DNA from: Bacillota bacterium
Lineage (GTDB): Bacteria; Bacillota; Clostridia; Acetivibrionales; DSM-1351
Reading direction: 5' to 3'
Length of the DNA: 64,000 nt
Assembly (NCBI GenBank): GCA_023397905.1
Contig: JAEWSZ010000009.1
Location: 10,048 to 74,047 of the forward strand
Both the position numbers and the translations under genes were made by a program. How positions within the stretch are numbered: position 1 is the first letter of the stretch; each line of letters opens with the position of its first letter. Below the pieces are notes generated by a model. The model did not search any database, was not told where the DNA came from, and saw only the letters and a program-made list of their open reading frames with translations. This document shows, one piece after another, positions 27,046 through 36,470 of the stretch.

Positions 27046-28863
27046 AGGAATTCTGATTTTCACAAGAGTTCCTATGTTCTGTATGCTCTTTATCTCAAGT
27101 CCGAATTCTTCTCCGTATGCAAGCTTTATTCTGGAATTTACATTCTGAAGCCCTATGCTTTTTTTATTTCCGTCAACCTGCCATTCGTCGTTGATTTTCA
27201 GCCTGTCATTTATCAAGGTGAGCCTGTGTTCCGGAATTCCGGTCCCGTCATCCTGAATGTCAATCTCTATTATACCGTCTTTTTCGGTTGCGGATATTTC
27301 GGCGCAGCCTTTTTCCTTTTTGTCAGTAAAGCCGTGCACAATGAAATTCTCTATAACAGGCTGCAGTATAAACCTGAGAATCCTGCGGCTTTCCAGTTCT
27401 TCAGGAATATCAAATATCACGCTGAACTTATCCCCGAACCGCACCTTCTGAATATCCACATAATTGTGGATCTGGTTGATTTCCTCCTTAAACTCCACAT
27501 ACTCGCTGACATTGTTATTTAGATTATACCTTAACATCTCGCCTAATTTTAACACGATTTTACTTATTTCCATGCAATTGTTGACTATGGCGATTGAATT
27601 GATGCACTCCAGGGTATTGTATAAAAAATGCGGGTTTATCTGAAATTGAAGCGCCTTTAATTCAGCCTCTCTTTTTTTCAGCTTCTGAACATAATTTTCA
27701 TTGATTGTCTGCTTCAGCTTTTCGACCATTTCATTGAAATTGTTATGGACAATGCCTATTTCATCGTTGTAGCCGCTGGCGTCGGTCACGTTCAGATCGC
27801 CCTTTTTTACTTTTTCCATATGTCCCAGCAGGTATTTCAGCCTCTTTCCAAAGCTGGCCGAAAAGGACAGTATGATTATGAGGGAAACGGCTCCTATACT
27901 GATAATGGCAATGAGCATAAGCGCAATGGCGTTGCGTATTTTGACATTTACAGAATCCGTGGGAAAGACTATTATGCACTTGAAATCCCTGTACTGCATA
28001 TTCCGCAATACGGCCAGGGCAGAACCTCCGCCTGTGTTCATAAGAGGTATCTCACTGTCCTTGCGTTTCAGATCCTCCCCTGACAGGCCGATATCTTTAA
28101 GGGACTCCGGGCAATTCTGGTATATGACCTTTCCCGTTTCATCCAGAGTATATATTTTCAGGTTCTGAACCTTGTCTATGCGCTTGTCGGATAACTGATA
28201 CAGATTCTTTTTATTCACATTGATTTTGATCAAACCGATAATATCCATCCTGTTATCCTGCTGAAGGCTTGAAATAACTTTCACCAGGGACAGGTCTCCT
28301 TTATCGTCCGGGCTTGACAGTATTTCCAGCTTTCTCTTTTTCATATCTATCTGCTTGTACCAGTCATTGTTCTGGACGTTTTCGATATTTTCGGCGTATT
28401 TTCCGAACAGGTCAAAGCCCGGATTCATAAAATATATTTTTATTTCGTCTATCTGGGAATAATCGTAGCCCGACCGCAGAAAGTCAATTTCATTGCTTAC
28501 GTCGATGTTTTTTTGCATATTGTTAAAATAGTCCGAGGACTGCATGGTGGACAGGGCCTTTTGAATGGAATTGGATGTGGCTATTCCCGAAATGAGGTTT
28601 TCAAATATGTTCAATTTATAGCTTACGCTGCTGGCATACTGCTCGGTAATCATCTCATAGGTGGACGTTACTTCGTTTTCAATGATGGAACTCATGCTGA
28701 CGTAATAGGAGCAGCTCACAGCCATCAGCGAAAGAAAAATCAGGCACAGCGTAAGCATTATTATCTTCCGGACGATACTTGTGTTGTGATTGAAATTTCT
28801 TATAGTTCCTCTTAATCCGCTAATTAATCCGCTAAAAATAAAGATTCCCCCCAAGTATGGCAT
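27034..28863 (-). CDS. YesM-like sensor histidine kinase (Cache, HAMP, His_kinase)
   Basis: ALQFQINPHFLYNTL, LQPVIEN, DDGTG, SIGLQNVNSRIKL; two TM helices. Confidence 0.94.
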   Translation of the reverse strand: MPYLGGIFIFSGLISGLRGTIRNFNHNTSIVRKIIMLTLCLIFLSLMAVSCSYYVSMSSIIENEVTSTYEMITEQYASSVSYKLNIFENLISGIATSNSIQKALSTMQSSDYFNNMQKNIDVSNEIDFLRSGYDYSQIDEIKIYFMNPGFDLFGKYAENIENVQNNDWYKQIDMKKRKLEILSSPDDKGDLSLVKVISSLQQDNRMDIIGLIKINVNKKNLYQLSDKRIDKVQNLKIYTLDETGKVIYQNCPESLKDIGLSGEDLKRKDSEIPLMNTGGGSALAVLRNMQYRDFKCIIVFPTDSVNVKIRNAIALMLIAIISIGAVSLIIILSFSASFGKRLKYLLGHMEKVKKGDLNVTDASGYNDEIGIVHNNFNEMVEKLKQTINENYVQKLKKREAELKALQFQINPHFLYNTLECINSIAIVNNCMEISKIVLKLGEMLRYNLNNNVSEYVEFKEEINQIHNYVDIQKVRFGDKFSVIFDIPEELESRRILRFILQPVIENFIVHGFTDKKEKGCAEISATEKDGIIEIDIQDDGTGIPEHRLTLINDRLKINDEWQVDGNKKSIGLQNVNSRIKLAYGEEFGLEIKSIQNIGTLVKIRIPSGL

Positions 28864-28866
28864 TCC

Positions 28867-30417
28867 TTATAAATATGATTGCTGCAACAATTCAAACAGA
28901 CGGGCTTTCCTGCCAATCATTTCATCCAGCCGGCCTATGTATTCCTCCACACTTTTAACATTAAACGCCCTTTCAATTCTGTCCTGAGGGAATACCACCT
29001 TTGTCACCGCGCCGGCGCCGCAGGCTATAACAGACTGTTTTTCCTCCATTATCTGGATATTGTAGACGCATTCCTTGCCTTTCCTGCTGTAGCCCACATT
29101 CTCCAGATTGCCCAGAATATCCTTCTGTCTGTACAAATAGTACGGTTCAAGCCCCATGGCTCCGGCCTGTATTCCTGCCATATCCACCATATCCGCAACC
29201 TGTCTGAACTCTGTTTCCAAATTGTAATTTCCCATTTCGGCAGTGAGCCTGGAAGCCCTTTTTACCGCCATTGTATGGATGGTGAGACTGTCGGGGCCAA
29301 GCTGCGATATCTTCTCCAGGGTGGTCCGGAACATAGCCGGATCCTCTCCCGGCAGACCGCATATGAGATCCATATTGATATTGTCAAAACCCAGTTCTCT
29401 GGCCAGCCAATAGGCCTCTTCCGCCTCTGCCGGAGTATGGTTTCTCCCTATTCTCTCCAGTGTGGAGCTGTTCATGGTCTGAGGGTTTATGCTGATTCTG
29501 GATACCCTGCTGTTTTTGATTATTTTCAGTTTTTCCCTGTCAATGGTATCCGGGCGGCCCGCTTCCAGTGTATACTCCTTCAAATCCTCCAGCTCCAGAT
29601 GGGACTCGATGCCTTCCAGCAAATGCGACAATTGCCTGCCGTTGATGGAGGTAGGCGTGCCGCCGCCCATATAAAGGCTTTCTATCCGGAGACCTTTCTT
29701 TTTTATAAGTGATGCTGTTTGCCCTATTTCCTCCAGCAAAGCTTCAATATATGCATCCACCATTTTCTTATATTGCCCGACGGTGCTGGAACTGAATGAA
29801 CAATATAGGCAGCGTGTGGGGCAGAAAGGTATCCCTATATAAAAAGAAACTCCTCCGGGAACGGAGCCCGCAAATAAATGCCTCTGGTTCAGGGCCACCT
29901 TATAGAGCAGCCCGGCCTTGTCCGCCGTGACGAAATAATTCTGCTCCAATGTACTTATTATATCATCCCGGCTCCTATTGCGGTCCAGAAATTCATTGAC
30001 AAGTTTTGCCGGCCTGATACCGGTCATAATTCCCCATGGTATGGTCTTTCCGGTATATTCTTGCAGAAGCAGGAATAATTTTCTTTTAAAAATTCTTTTA
30101 AAGGCTTTTATTTCCTGCTTGTGCTCAGGCTGAGACCCGCTTCCGGTAAAAATACCTGCTCCGGAATCCTGACCGTTTCCATCTAAAAGGTCAACTTCCA
30201 GAGGAATGCCGGTCTCTTCGTCATATGCGCCGTCCCTGAGCCTTATAACAACGCAATCCTGCCCATTAAACTCATGCCGCCCGCAATAAATAAAAGCCTG
30301 GCCGCATTCATCCGCGGAATCGCCAGCCTTCTTCATCTCCGGCCGCAAAAAAAACAGCTTCATCACATCTTCAAACTCATAATTAAGCCAGCCGCATTCA
30401 TTTCTATAGTAAATCAT
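28867..30417 (-). CDS. hemZ: Radical SAM coproporphyrinogen dehydrogenase-like protein HemZ
   Basis: PWGIMTGIRP, YIGIPFCPTRCLYCSF, EAGRPD, PYYLYRQK. Confidence 0.9.
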   Translation of the reverse strand: MIYYRNECGWLNYEFEDVMKLFFLRPEMKKAGDSADECGQAFIYCGRHEFNGQDCVVIRLRDGAYDEETGIPLEVDLLDGNGQDSGAGIFTGSGSQPEHKQEIKAFKRIFKRKLFLLLQEYTGKTIPWGIMTGIRPAKLVNEFLDRNRSRDDIISTLEQNYFVTADKAGLLYKVALNQRHLFAGSVPGGVSFYIGIPFCPTRCLYCSFSSSTVGQYKKMVDAYIEALLEEIGQTASLIKKKGLRIESLYMGGGTPTSINGRQLSHLLEGIESHLELEDLKEYTLEAGRPDTIDREKLKIIKNSRVSRISINPQTMNSSTLERIGRNHTPAEAEEAYWLARELGFDNINMDLICGLPGEDPAMFRTTLEKISQLGPDSLTIHTMAVKRASRLTAEMGNYNLETEFRQVADMVDMAGIQAGAMGLEPYYLYRQKDILGNLENVGYSRKGKECVYNIQIMEEKQSVIACGAGAVTKVVFPQDRIERAFNVKSVEEYIGRLDEMIGRKARLFELLQQSYL

Positions 30418-31056
30418 TTACCACTCCACCGCATGTTTAATAGGATTTGCAAGCCTTTCCGCGGCAATGGTGGTCTTAATCCCATGGCCAGGATATACGT
30501 CCATATTATCCGGCAAGGGGAAAAGCCTGTCTACAATAGACCTGTATATGTCCTCAAAGCTGCCGTTGGGCAGGTCCACCCTTCCGTAACCCGAATTGAA
30601 CAGAGTATCGCCTGAGAAAAGACTATTATTTACCTGAATGCATATGGAGCCTGGCGTATGGCCCGGAGTGTGAATTATTTTGAATTCCAGCTCTCCAAGT
30701 TTTACTACACTACCGTCTCTGAGAACTTCGGCCTTGCTTTTAAAGGTCTTCACATCCCCCGCATAGGCGGAAACATTAAACCTGGCATCAGTCAGGGCAA
30801 GCTCGTCATCAATATGAATATAAACCCTGGCATTGGTTTTTTCAACAATATTGTCCAGCTCCGCCACATGATCTATATGCCCGTGGGTGAGGATTATCTT
30901 TTCAATAGATATATTTAGTTCCGAAGCCACCTGCATTACCTTTTCAGCGCTTACTCCGGCATCAATGAGCAGGCCTTTTCCGTTTTCTCCGATTAAATAG
31001 GACAGGGATTCGAACATCCCTCCTGTAATAGGCTTAATAACCATTTTTCCCTCCAT
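30418..31056 (-). CDS. MBL-fold metallo-hydrolase (glyoxalase II-like)
   Basis: THGHIDHV, TPGHTPGS, SGDTLF, YPGHG. Confidence 0.92.
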   Translation of the reverse strand: MEGKMVIKPITGGMFESLSYLIGENGKGLLIDAGVSAEKVMQVASELNISIEKIILTHGHIDHVAELDNIVEKTNARVYIHIDDELALTDARFNVSAYAGDVKTFKSKAEVLRDGSVVKLGELEFKIIHTPGHTPGSICIQVNNSLFSGDTLFNSGYGRVDLPNGSFEDIYRSIVDRLFPLPDNMDVYPGHGIKTTIAAERLANPIKHAVEW

Positions 31057-31107
31057 ATCCCCATATGTGCACCAAACAGCGTTGACCGTATGGATTGGCC
31101 CTATGGC

Positions 31108-31557
31108 CTAAAATTCTCTCCTGCTGTCGATCAAAAGTGTAACAGGTCCGTCATTACTGATATCCACAAGCATTTCAGCCTGGAATATTCCTGTCTGGAC
31201 AGTAATACCGTAGCTCTTACACTTTTCAACAAAACTTTCGTACATATCCCTGGCCGCTTCCGGCCTTGCGGCCTTGTCATAGCCCGGCCTCCTGCCTTTT
31301 CTGCAGTCGCCGTATAAAGTAAACTGGGAAACCACCAGCAATTCCCCTCCTGTTTCCAGCAGGGACAGGTTCATTTTTCCGCCGTCATCTTCAAATATTC
31401 TCAGATTGACAATCTTCTCGGCCAGGTAATCAATATCTGAGTCAGAATCTTCAATTCCCACCCCTAAAAGCACCATCAGGCCCTTGTTGATTTTTCCCAC
31501 TACTTTTTCGTCAACCGTGACACTGGATTTTCTGACTCTCTGAACAACCGCTCTCAT
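31108..31557 (-). CDS. dtd: D-aminoacyl-tRNA deacylase
   Basis: [19 protein letters not shown]. Confidence 0.97.
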   Translation of the reverse strand: MRAVVQRVRKSSVTVDEKVVGKINKGLMVLLGVGIEDSDSDIDYLAEKIVNLRIFEDDGGKMNLSLLETGGELLVVSQFTLYGDCRKGRRPGYDKAARPEAARDMYESFVEKCKSYGITVQTGIFQAEMLVDISNDGPVTLLIDSRREF

Positions 31558-31581
31558 ACCCGCTCCTGAATTCTGCTCTTC

Positions 31582-33774
31582 CTACTGCTTATTCCTTGTC
31601 ACATCAAATACGCTGTCAATCTTTTTAAGCCTTTTTATGATTTTTTCCAGCTGCTCGGTATTTGTTATCTCCAGCGTCAGATTTATAAGCGTTATCTGCT
31701 CTCTTGTGGTCCTGGCATTTACGGCCTTTATGGGAACCTTGAGCTCTGCTATACTGTTTGTGACATCCAGCAGCAGGGAAGTTCTGTCATTTGCCATAAG
31801 TGTTATATCCGCCTTGTAGGCAACATCATTTGTAGAGTACCATTTGACATCTATGAGGCGTCCTTCTTCCTCCAGACCGGCCGAAACGTTTATACAGTCG
31901 CTTCGGTGGACGGAAACACCCCTTCCCCTGGTGATATAACCTATTATCTCATCGCCGGGAACCGGATTGCAGCACCTTGACAGCCTCACCAGACAATTGT
32001 CGATCCCTTTTACTATAATACCGCTTTCGGGTATGTTCTTTTTCTTTCTTTCCCCTCTGGCCTGTGCGATGGTTTCCAGAATATGCTCAATTTCTTCTGG
32101 CTTCAGGGTCTTTTTTAATTCTTCCTTTAACCTGGTTATGACCTTGTTTGTGGTTATGGCTCCGTAACCCAGCCCTGCGTATAAATCCTCAAGAGAAGCA
32201 AAATTGTACTTTTTCAGTACTAATTCGATCCATTCAGTCCTGAACAGCTGGCTATAGGTAAAGCCCTGTTTTTTGATCTCTCTTTCGATCATTTCCTTGC
32301 CGCGGATTATATTTTCTTCTCTTTTTTCCTTTTTAAACCACTGATTTATTTTGTTTCTGGCCTGACTGCTCTTGACTATTTTCAGCCAATCCCTGCTGGG
32401 CCCGTGAATTGTGGAAGAAGTAAGGATTTCTATAATATCGCCGTTTTTCAGCTTATAGTCGATAGGCTCCATTTTACCGTTGACCTTGGCGCCTATCATT
32501 TTATTTCCGATAGCGCTGTGAATGCTATATGCGAAATCTACGGGAGTGGAATCCACAGGAAGATTTACCACGTCCCCTCTGGGAGTGAACACAAAAACTT
32601 CGTCTGTAAAAAGATCAATTTTAAGGGTTTCCATAAACTCGCTCTCGTCCCTGGTATCCTTCTGCCATTCCAGGAGCTGTCTGAGCCAGGCAAATTTATT
32701 GTCGGAGTCCTTGACGTCATCAACGCCCTCCTTGTACTTCCAGTGGGCGGCAATACCCACTTCCGCAACCCTGTGCATGTCCCAGGTCCTGATCTGGACT
32801 TCAAAGGGCTGTCCCTCAGGCCCTATCAAAGTGGTGTGCAGGGAATGATACATATTGGGCTTGGGCATTGCGATATAATCCTTAAACCTGCCCGGCATGG
32901 GCTTGTACAACTCATGAACCAGACCAAGCACCGCATAGCAGTCCTTAACGGAATTCACTATTATACGGAAAGCGAACAGGTCATAAATCTGATCAAGAGT
33001 CTTGTTCTGATTTACCATCTTTCTGTATATACTGTAGAAATGCTTTGGCCTCCCGTCGATCTGGGCATTTTCTATGCCCTGCTCATTGGTTTTCTCCCTT
33101 AAGGTTGTGATTATGCCTTCTATATATGCTTCCCTCTGCTTGCGCTTGAAGGCAATTTTTTCAACAAGATCGTAATAGCCTTTTGGATCCAGATACCTGA
33201 GGCATATGTCCTCAAGCTCCCATTTGATCTTTGAAATACCAAGCCGGTGAGCGAGAGGCGCATAGATTTCCAGCGTTTCTCTTGCTATTTCCACCTGCTT
33301 CTCTTCTGTCTTATGCTTCAGGGTCCTCATATTATGGAGCCGGTCGGCCAGCTTGATCATAATGACACGAATATCCTTCGCCATGGCCAGAAACATCTTG
33401 CGCAGGTTTTCCACCTGCTGCTCTTCCTTTGATGTAAAGGGTATTTTTCCAAGTTTTGTAACGCCGTCAACCAGATCTGCCACCTCTACTCCGAACTGAG
33501 CCTTAAGCTGATCGTATGTACAGGTGGTATCCTCTATGGTATCATGGAGAAGTGCGGCAACAAGTGCAGTGCTGTCCAATTCCATTTCGGCCAGTATGAT
33601 TGCTACTTCAACCGGATGAATTATATATGGCTCCCCTGAGTTTCTCAGTTGCCCCTCGTGAGCCGCTTTTGAAAAGTTGTACGCTTTCTCAAGCAGTTCG
33701 ATATTACAATTGGGATCATATTTTTTAACTTTTTCAATCAGCACTGAAAAGTTGTCTAACAAAGCAACCTCCAT
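31582..33774 (-). CDS. relA: Bifunctional (p)ppGpp synthetase/hydrolase Rel
   Basis: Intact HD motif (LLHDTIED), KLADRLHNMRTL, YDLFAFR, EVQIRT; TGS and ACT domains. Confidence 0.97.
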   Translation of the reverse strand: MEVALLDNFSVLIEKVKKYDPNCNIELLEKAYNFSKAAHEGQLRNSGEPYIIHPVEVAIILAEMELDSTALVAALLHDTIEDTTCTYDQLKAQFGVEVADLVDGVTKLGKIPFTSKEEQQVENLRKMFLAMAKDIRVIMIKLADRLHNMRTLKHKTEEKQVEIARETLEIYAPLAHRLGISKIKWELEDICLRYLDPKGYYDLVEKIAFKRKQREAYIEGIITTLREKTNEQGIENAQIDGRPKHFYSIYRKMVNQNKTLDQIYDLFAFRIIVNSVKDCYAVLGLVHELYKPMPGRFKDYIAMPKPNMYHSLHTTLIGPEGQPFEVQIRTWDMHRVAEVGIAAHWKYKEGVDDVKDSDNKFAWLRQLLEWQKDTRDESEFMETLKIDLFTDEVFVFTPRGDVVNLPVDSTPVDFAYSIHSAIGNKMIGAKVNGKMEPIDYKLKNGDIIEILTSSTIHGPSRDWLKIVKSSQARNKINQWFKKEKREENIIRGKEMIEREIKKQGFTYSQLFRTEWIELVLKKYNFASLEDLYAGLGYGAITTNKVITRLKEELKKTLKPEEIEHILETIAQARGERKKKNIPESGIIVKGIDNCLVRLSRCCNPVPGDEIIGYITRGRGVSVHRSDCINVSAGLEEEGRLIDVKWYSTNDVAYKADITLMANDRTSLLLDVTNSIAELKVPIKAVNARTTREQITLINLTLEITNTEQLEKIIKRLKKIDSVFDVTRNKQ

Positions 33775-33850
33775 CCGTCGTCAATGACTTCAATTTATAA
33801 AATAAATGTTTATTAGTGCGTAACGTGAAATTTGTTTTGCCACAAATAAA

Positions 33851-34366
33851 TTAAAATGTCACAATAGAGTTTACATTATAACCTTTAAGCCTGTCTCTCC
33901 CGTTTAAGAAAGCGAGCTCTATAAAAAATATAATACCAGAAACCTTTCCCCCAAGCTGTTCAATCAGCTTGATATTCGCTTCGGTGGTTCCTCCCGTAGC
34001 CAGCAGATCGTCAACTATCAAAACCCTCTGTCCCGGTTTTACGGCATCCGCATGCATCTCCAAGGAATCTTTTCCATACTCCAGGTCATAATCGACACTG
34101 ATTGTATTATAGGGAAGCTTACCTTTTTTTCTGACTGGAACAAATCCTTTGTTCATCTGGTAAGCCAGAGGCGCTCCAAAAATAAATCCTCTTGATTCCG
34201 AGCCTACGATAATATCAAAATCCCCCATTTGATCCGCCAGTTGTTTGAAAGTGTCCATGCATTCTTTAAAAGCCTTGGGGTCCTGCAGTACTGTGGTGAT
34301 ATCGATGAAATCTATCCCCTCTTTGGGAAAATCCATTACATGCCTGAGTTTTGTTTTTAAATCCAT
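33851..34366 (-). CDS. apt: Adenine phosphoribosyltransferase
   Basis: DFPKEGIDFIDIT, ESRGFIFG, VDDLLATGGT. Confidence 0.97.
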   Translation of the reverse strand: MDLKTKLRHVMDFPKEGIDFIDITTVLQDPKAFKECMDTFKQLADQMGDFDIIVGSESRGFIFGAPLAYQMNKGFVPVRKKGKLPYNTISVDYDLEYGKDSLEMHADAVKPGQRVLIVDDLLATGGTTEANIKLIEQLGGKVSGIIFFIELAFLNGRDRLKGYNVNSIVTF

Positions 34367-34464
34367 CTGCCAAAACCTCTCTTCCAGAATTCAGCTCAAG
34401 CAAATAGTACCCGGTCGGAAGTTAAAGGCCTCAACCGATATGATTTGCTTTTGATATAGTTAAT

Positions 34465-34493
34465 ATTATAATTAAAACCAAACACACATACAA
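34465..34493 (-). promoter_or_regulatory. Sigma-A promoter of the apt-relA operon
   Basis: Minus strand TTGTAT-17 nt-TATAAT. Confidence 0.6.
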
Positions 34494-34551
34494 CATTTAT
34501 ATTTTTTATGATTCAATAAAAATGCATCAAAAATAGTTAATACAGGCATAC

Positions 34552-34589
34552 AAAAACTGGAATAGACTAATATCAGAGTCTATTCCAGT
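34552..34589 (-). terminator. Terminator at the end of the island operon
   Basis: Perfect 13-bp stem ACTGGAATAGACT/AGTCTATTCCAGT with a T tract on the minus strand. Confidence 0.7.
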
Positions 34590-34650
34590 ATGTTTTAAAG
34601 TTAAGATAATATATTTATCACACTCTATAGTTAAATATATAAATATAAGA

Positions 34651-36369
34651 TCATTCCATATAAGCCCCCTTAAAAGCTGATACCGCAAGCTTGGAGTATA
34701 TTTTTAGAATTCCCCTTTTTTTCTTAATCTCTGGCATTATATACTTTTTACTTCTCTCATTCAGTATTTGTTCAATTTCACGAGGTGTTTTCCTTTCTCC
34801 TTTAACTCCTATAATATCAAGAGTTCGCCTGGGAATATCAATTTTAATCAAGTCTCCTACTTCCACAAGAGCAATAGGACCTTCTTCGAAAGCTTCAGGC
34901 GATACATGCCCTATAGCTGGTCCCTTTGAAGCACCGGAAAATCTTCCATCTGTTATAAGTGCTACAGTACTTGCCAATTCAGGATCTGACACGATAGCCT
35001 CAGTTGTATAAAACATTTCAGGCATACCTGAGCCCTTCGGTCCCTCATATCTTATAAAAACTGCATCACCCGGTTTAATCCTCTTTTCAATAACTGCATT
35101 ATACGCTTCTTCTTCACTGTTGAATGGCTTTGCAGTACATACGACCTGATGCATCTTTTCCACAACTGTGGAATGTTTTACCACAGCACCTTCAGGAGCC
35201 AGGTTTCCCTTTAATATTGCCACTGCACCATGTTTTTTGATAGGAGTATCAAAATCTGCTATTACCTGTTCTCTTCTTATACCTCCGGCTTTCAGATATC
35301 TATCGCACATCCTGTAATAGTCATTTGTTTTTAACTCTTCAAGATTGTCTCCCAGTGTTTTTCCTGTTACTGTAATTACATCCAAATCCAAATATGCTTT
35401 TATTTGCTCCATTACAGCTGCTGTACCACCTGCGTACCAGAAATACTCGGCAGGCAAACTTCCGCTTGGACGTACATTAACTATATATGGAATTTCTCTG
35501 TGAATTTCATCAAATAAATCTGCTTCAAGCACTATTCCAAGTTCATGTGCGATTGCTGGCAGGTGAAGCAATGCGTTTGTTGAGCCCGATATTGCGGCAT
35601 GTACCATAATTGCATTTTTAAAAGCTCCAGATGTCATTATTTTATTAGGAGTAAGGTTAGTCTCAACAAGCCTTAAAATTTGTTTTCCGGCTTCTTTAGC
35701 CATTTCATATAATCCGTTGTTATCAGCAGGCATCAGAGCAGACCCGGGGAGAGCCATACCTAACGCTTCTGAAAGAACCTGCATTGTTGCTGCGGTACCC
35801 ATAAATTGACATGCTCCGCATCCGGGACAGGCATTTGCCTTATAGTAATCATATTTTTCCTTGCTGATTTCATTCCTTAAAAATTTTGCATAATATGTAC
35901 CTATCTGCTCCAGAGTGAGGTTGTCCGGACCCGCTTTCATTACACCCCCGGGTACAAATATGGAGGGAATATTTTTCCTGGCAATTGCCATGAGATGTGC
36001 TGGTATCGCCTTATCACAGGAAGCGGAAAAAACTGCTCCGTCAAATGGCGCTGCATTTATTTGGGCCTCAATTGCACCTGCAATAAGTTCCCTGGAGACA
36101 AGCGAATAGTTCATGCCATCATGTCCTTGTGCAATTCCATCGCAAATATCTGTTATTGTATATTGAGCCGGTTTTCCTCCTTTTTCGGCAACTCCATACT
36201 TTATTTCTTCTGCTAGTTTTCCAAGATGCACACTTCCCGGATGGCTGTCACCCCATGAAGTCTGCACCATGATCTGAGCTTTGGCCAGATCCTCACTCTT
36301 CCAACCTGCACCCATCTTTAAAGAGTCCATTTCAGCTGCTATTTCACGTATTTGTTGACTTCTGAGCAT
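34651..36369 (-). CDS. IlvD/Edd-family dehydratase, probably acting on a sugar acid
   Basis: ICDGIAQGH, SCDK, CPGCGACQFMGTAATM, GSTNALLHL, GPKGSGMPEM, TDGRFSG, GHVSPEA. Confidence 0.88.
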   Translation of the reverse strand: MLRSQQIREIAAEMDSLKMGAGWKSEDLAKAQIMVQTSWGDSHPGSVHLGKLAEEIKYGVAEKGGKPAQYTITDICDGIAQGHDGMNYSLVSRELIAGAIEAQINAAPFDGAVFSASCDKAIPAHLMAIARKNIPSIFVPGGVMKAGPDNLTLEQIGTYYAKFLRNEISKEKYDYYKANACPGCGACQFMGTAATMQVLSEALGMALPGSALMPADNNGLYEMAKEAGKQILRLVETNLTPNKIMTSGAFKNAIMVHAAISGSTNALLHLPAIAHELGIVLEADLFDEIHREIPYIVNVRPSGSLPAEYFWYAGGTAAVMEQIKAYLDLDVITVTGKTLGDNLEELKTNDYYRMCDRYLKAGGIRREQVIADFDTPIKKHGAVAILKGNLAPEGAVVKHSTVVEKMHQVVCTAKPFNSEEEAYNAVIEKRIKPGDAVFIRYEGPKGSGMPEMFYTTEAIVSDPELASTVALITDGRFSGASKGPAIGHVSPEAFEEGPIALVEVGDLIKIDIPRRTLDIIGVKGERKTPREIEQILNERSKKYIMPEIKKKRGILKIYSKLAVSAFKGAYME

Positions 36370-36470
36370 AATATTGTCCTCACTTTCATAGTTAATTAAT
36401 TCAATATAAAGGATCTTTAAGTACCTTTGTAGATATTTCGAATTTTCACTTCACTGCAATAATCATTTCG

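Noticed and set aside
34367..34460. Purine riboswitch upstream of apt
   Set aside because: Lacks the TATAA...ATATGG...GTTTCTACC...CCGTAAA consensus; only a simple hairpin is present.
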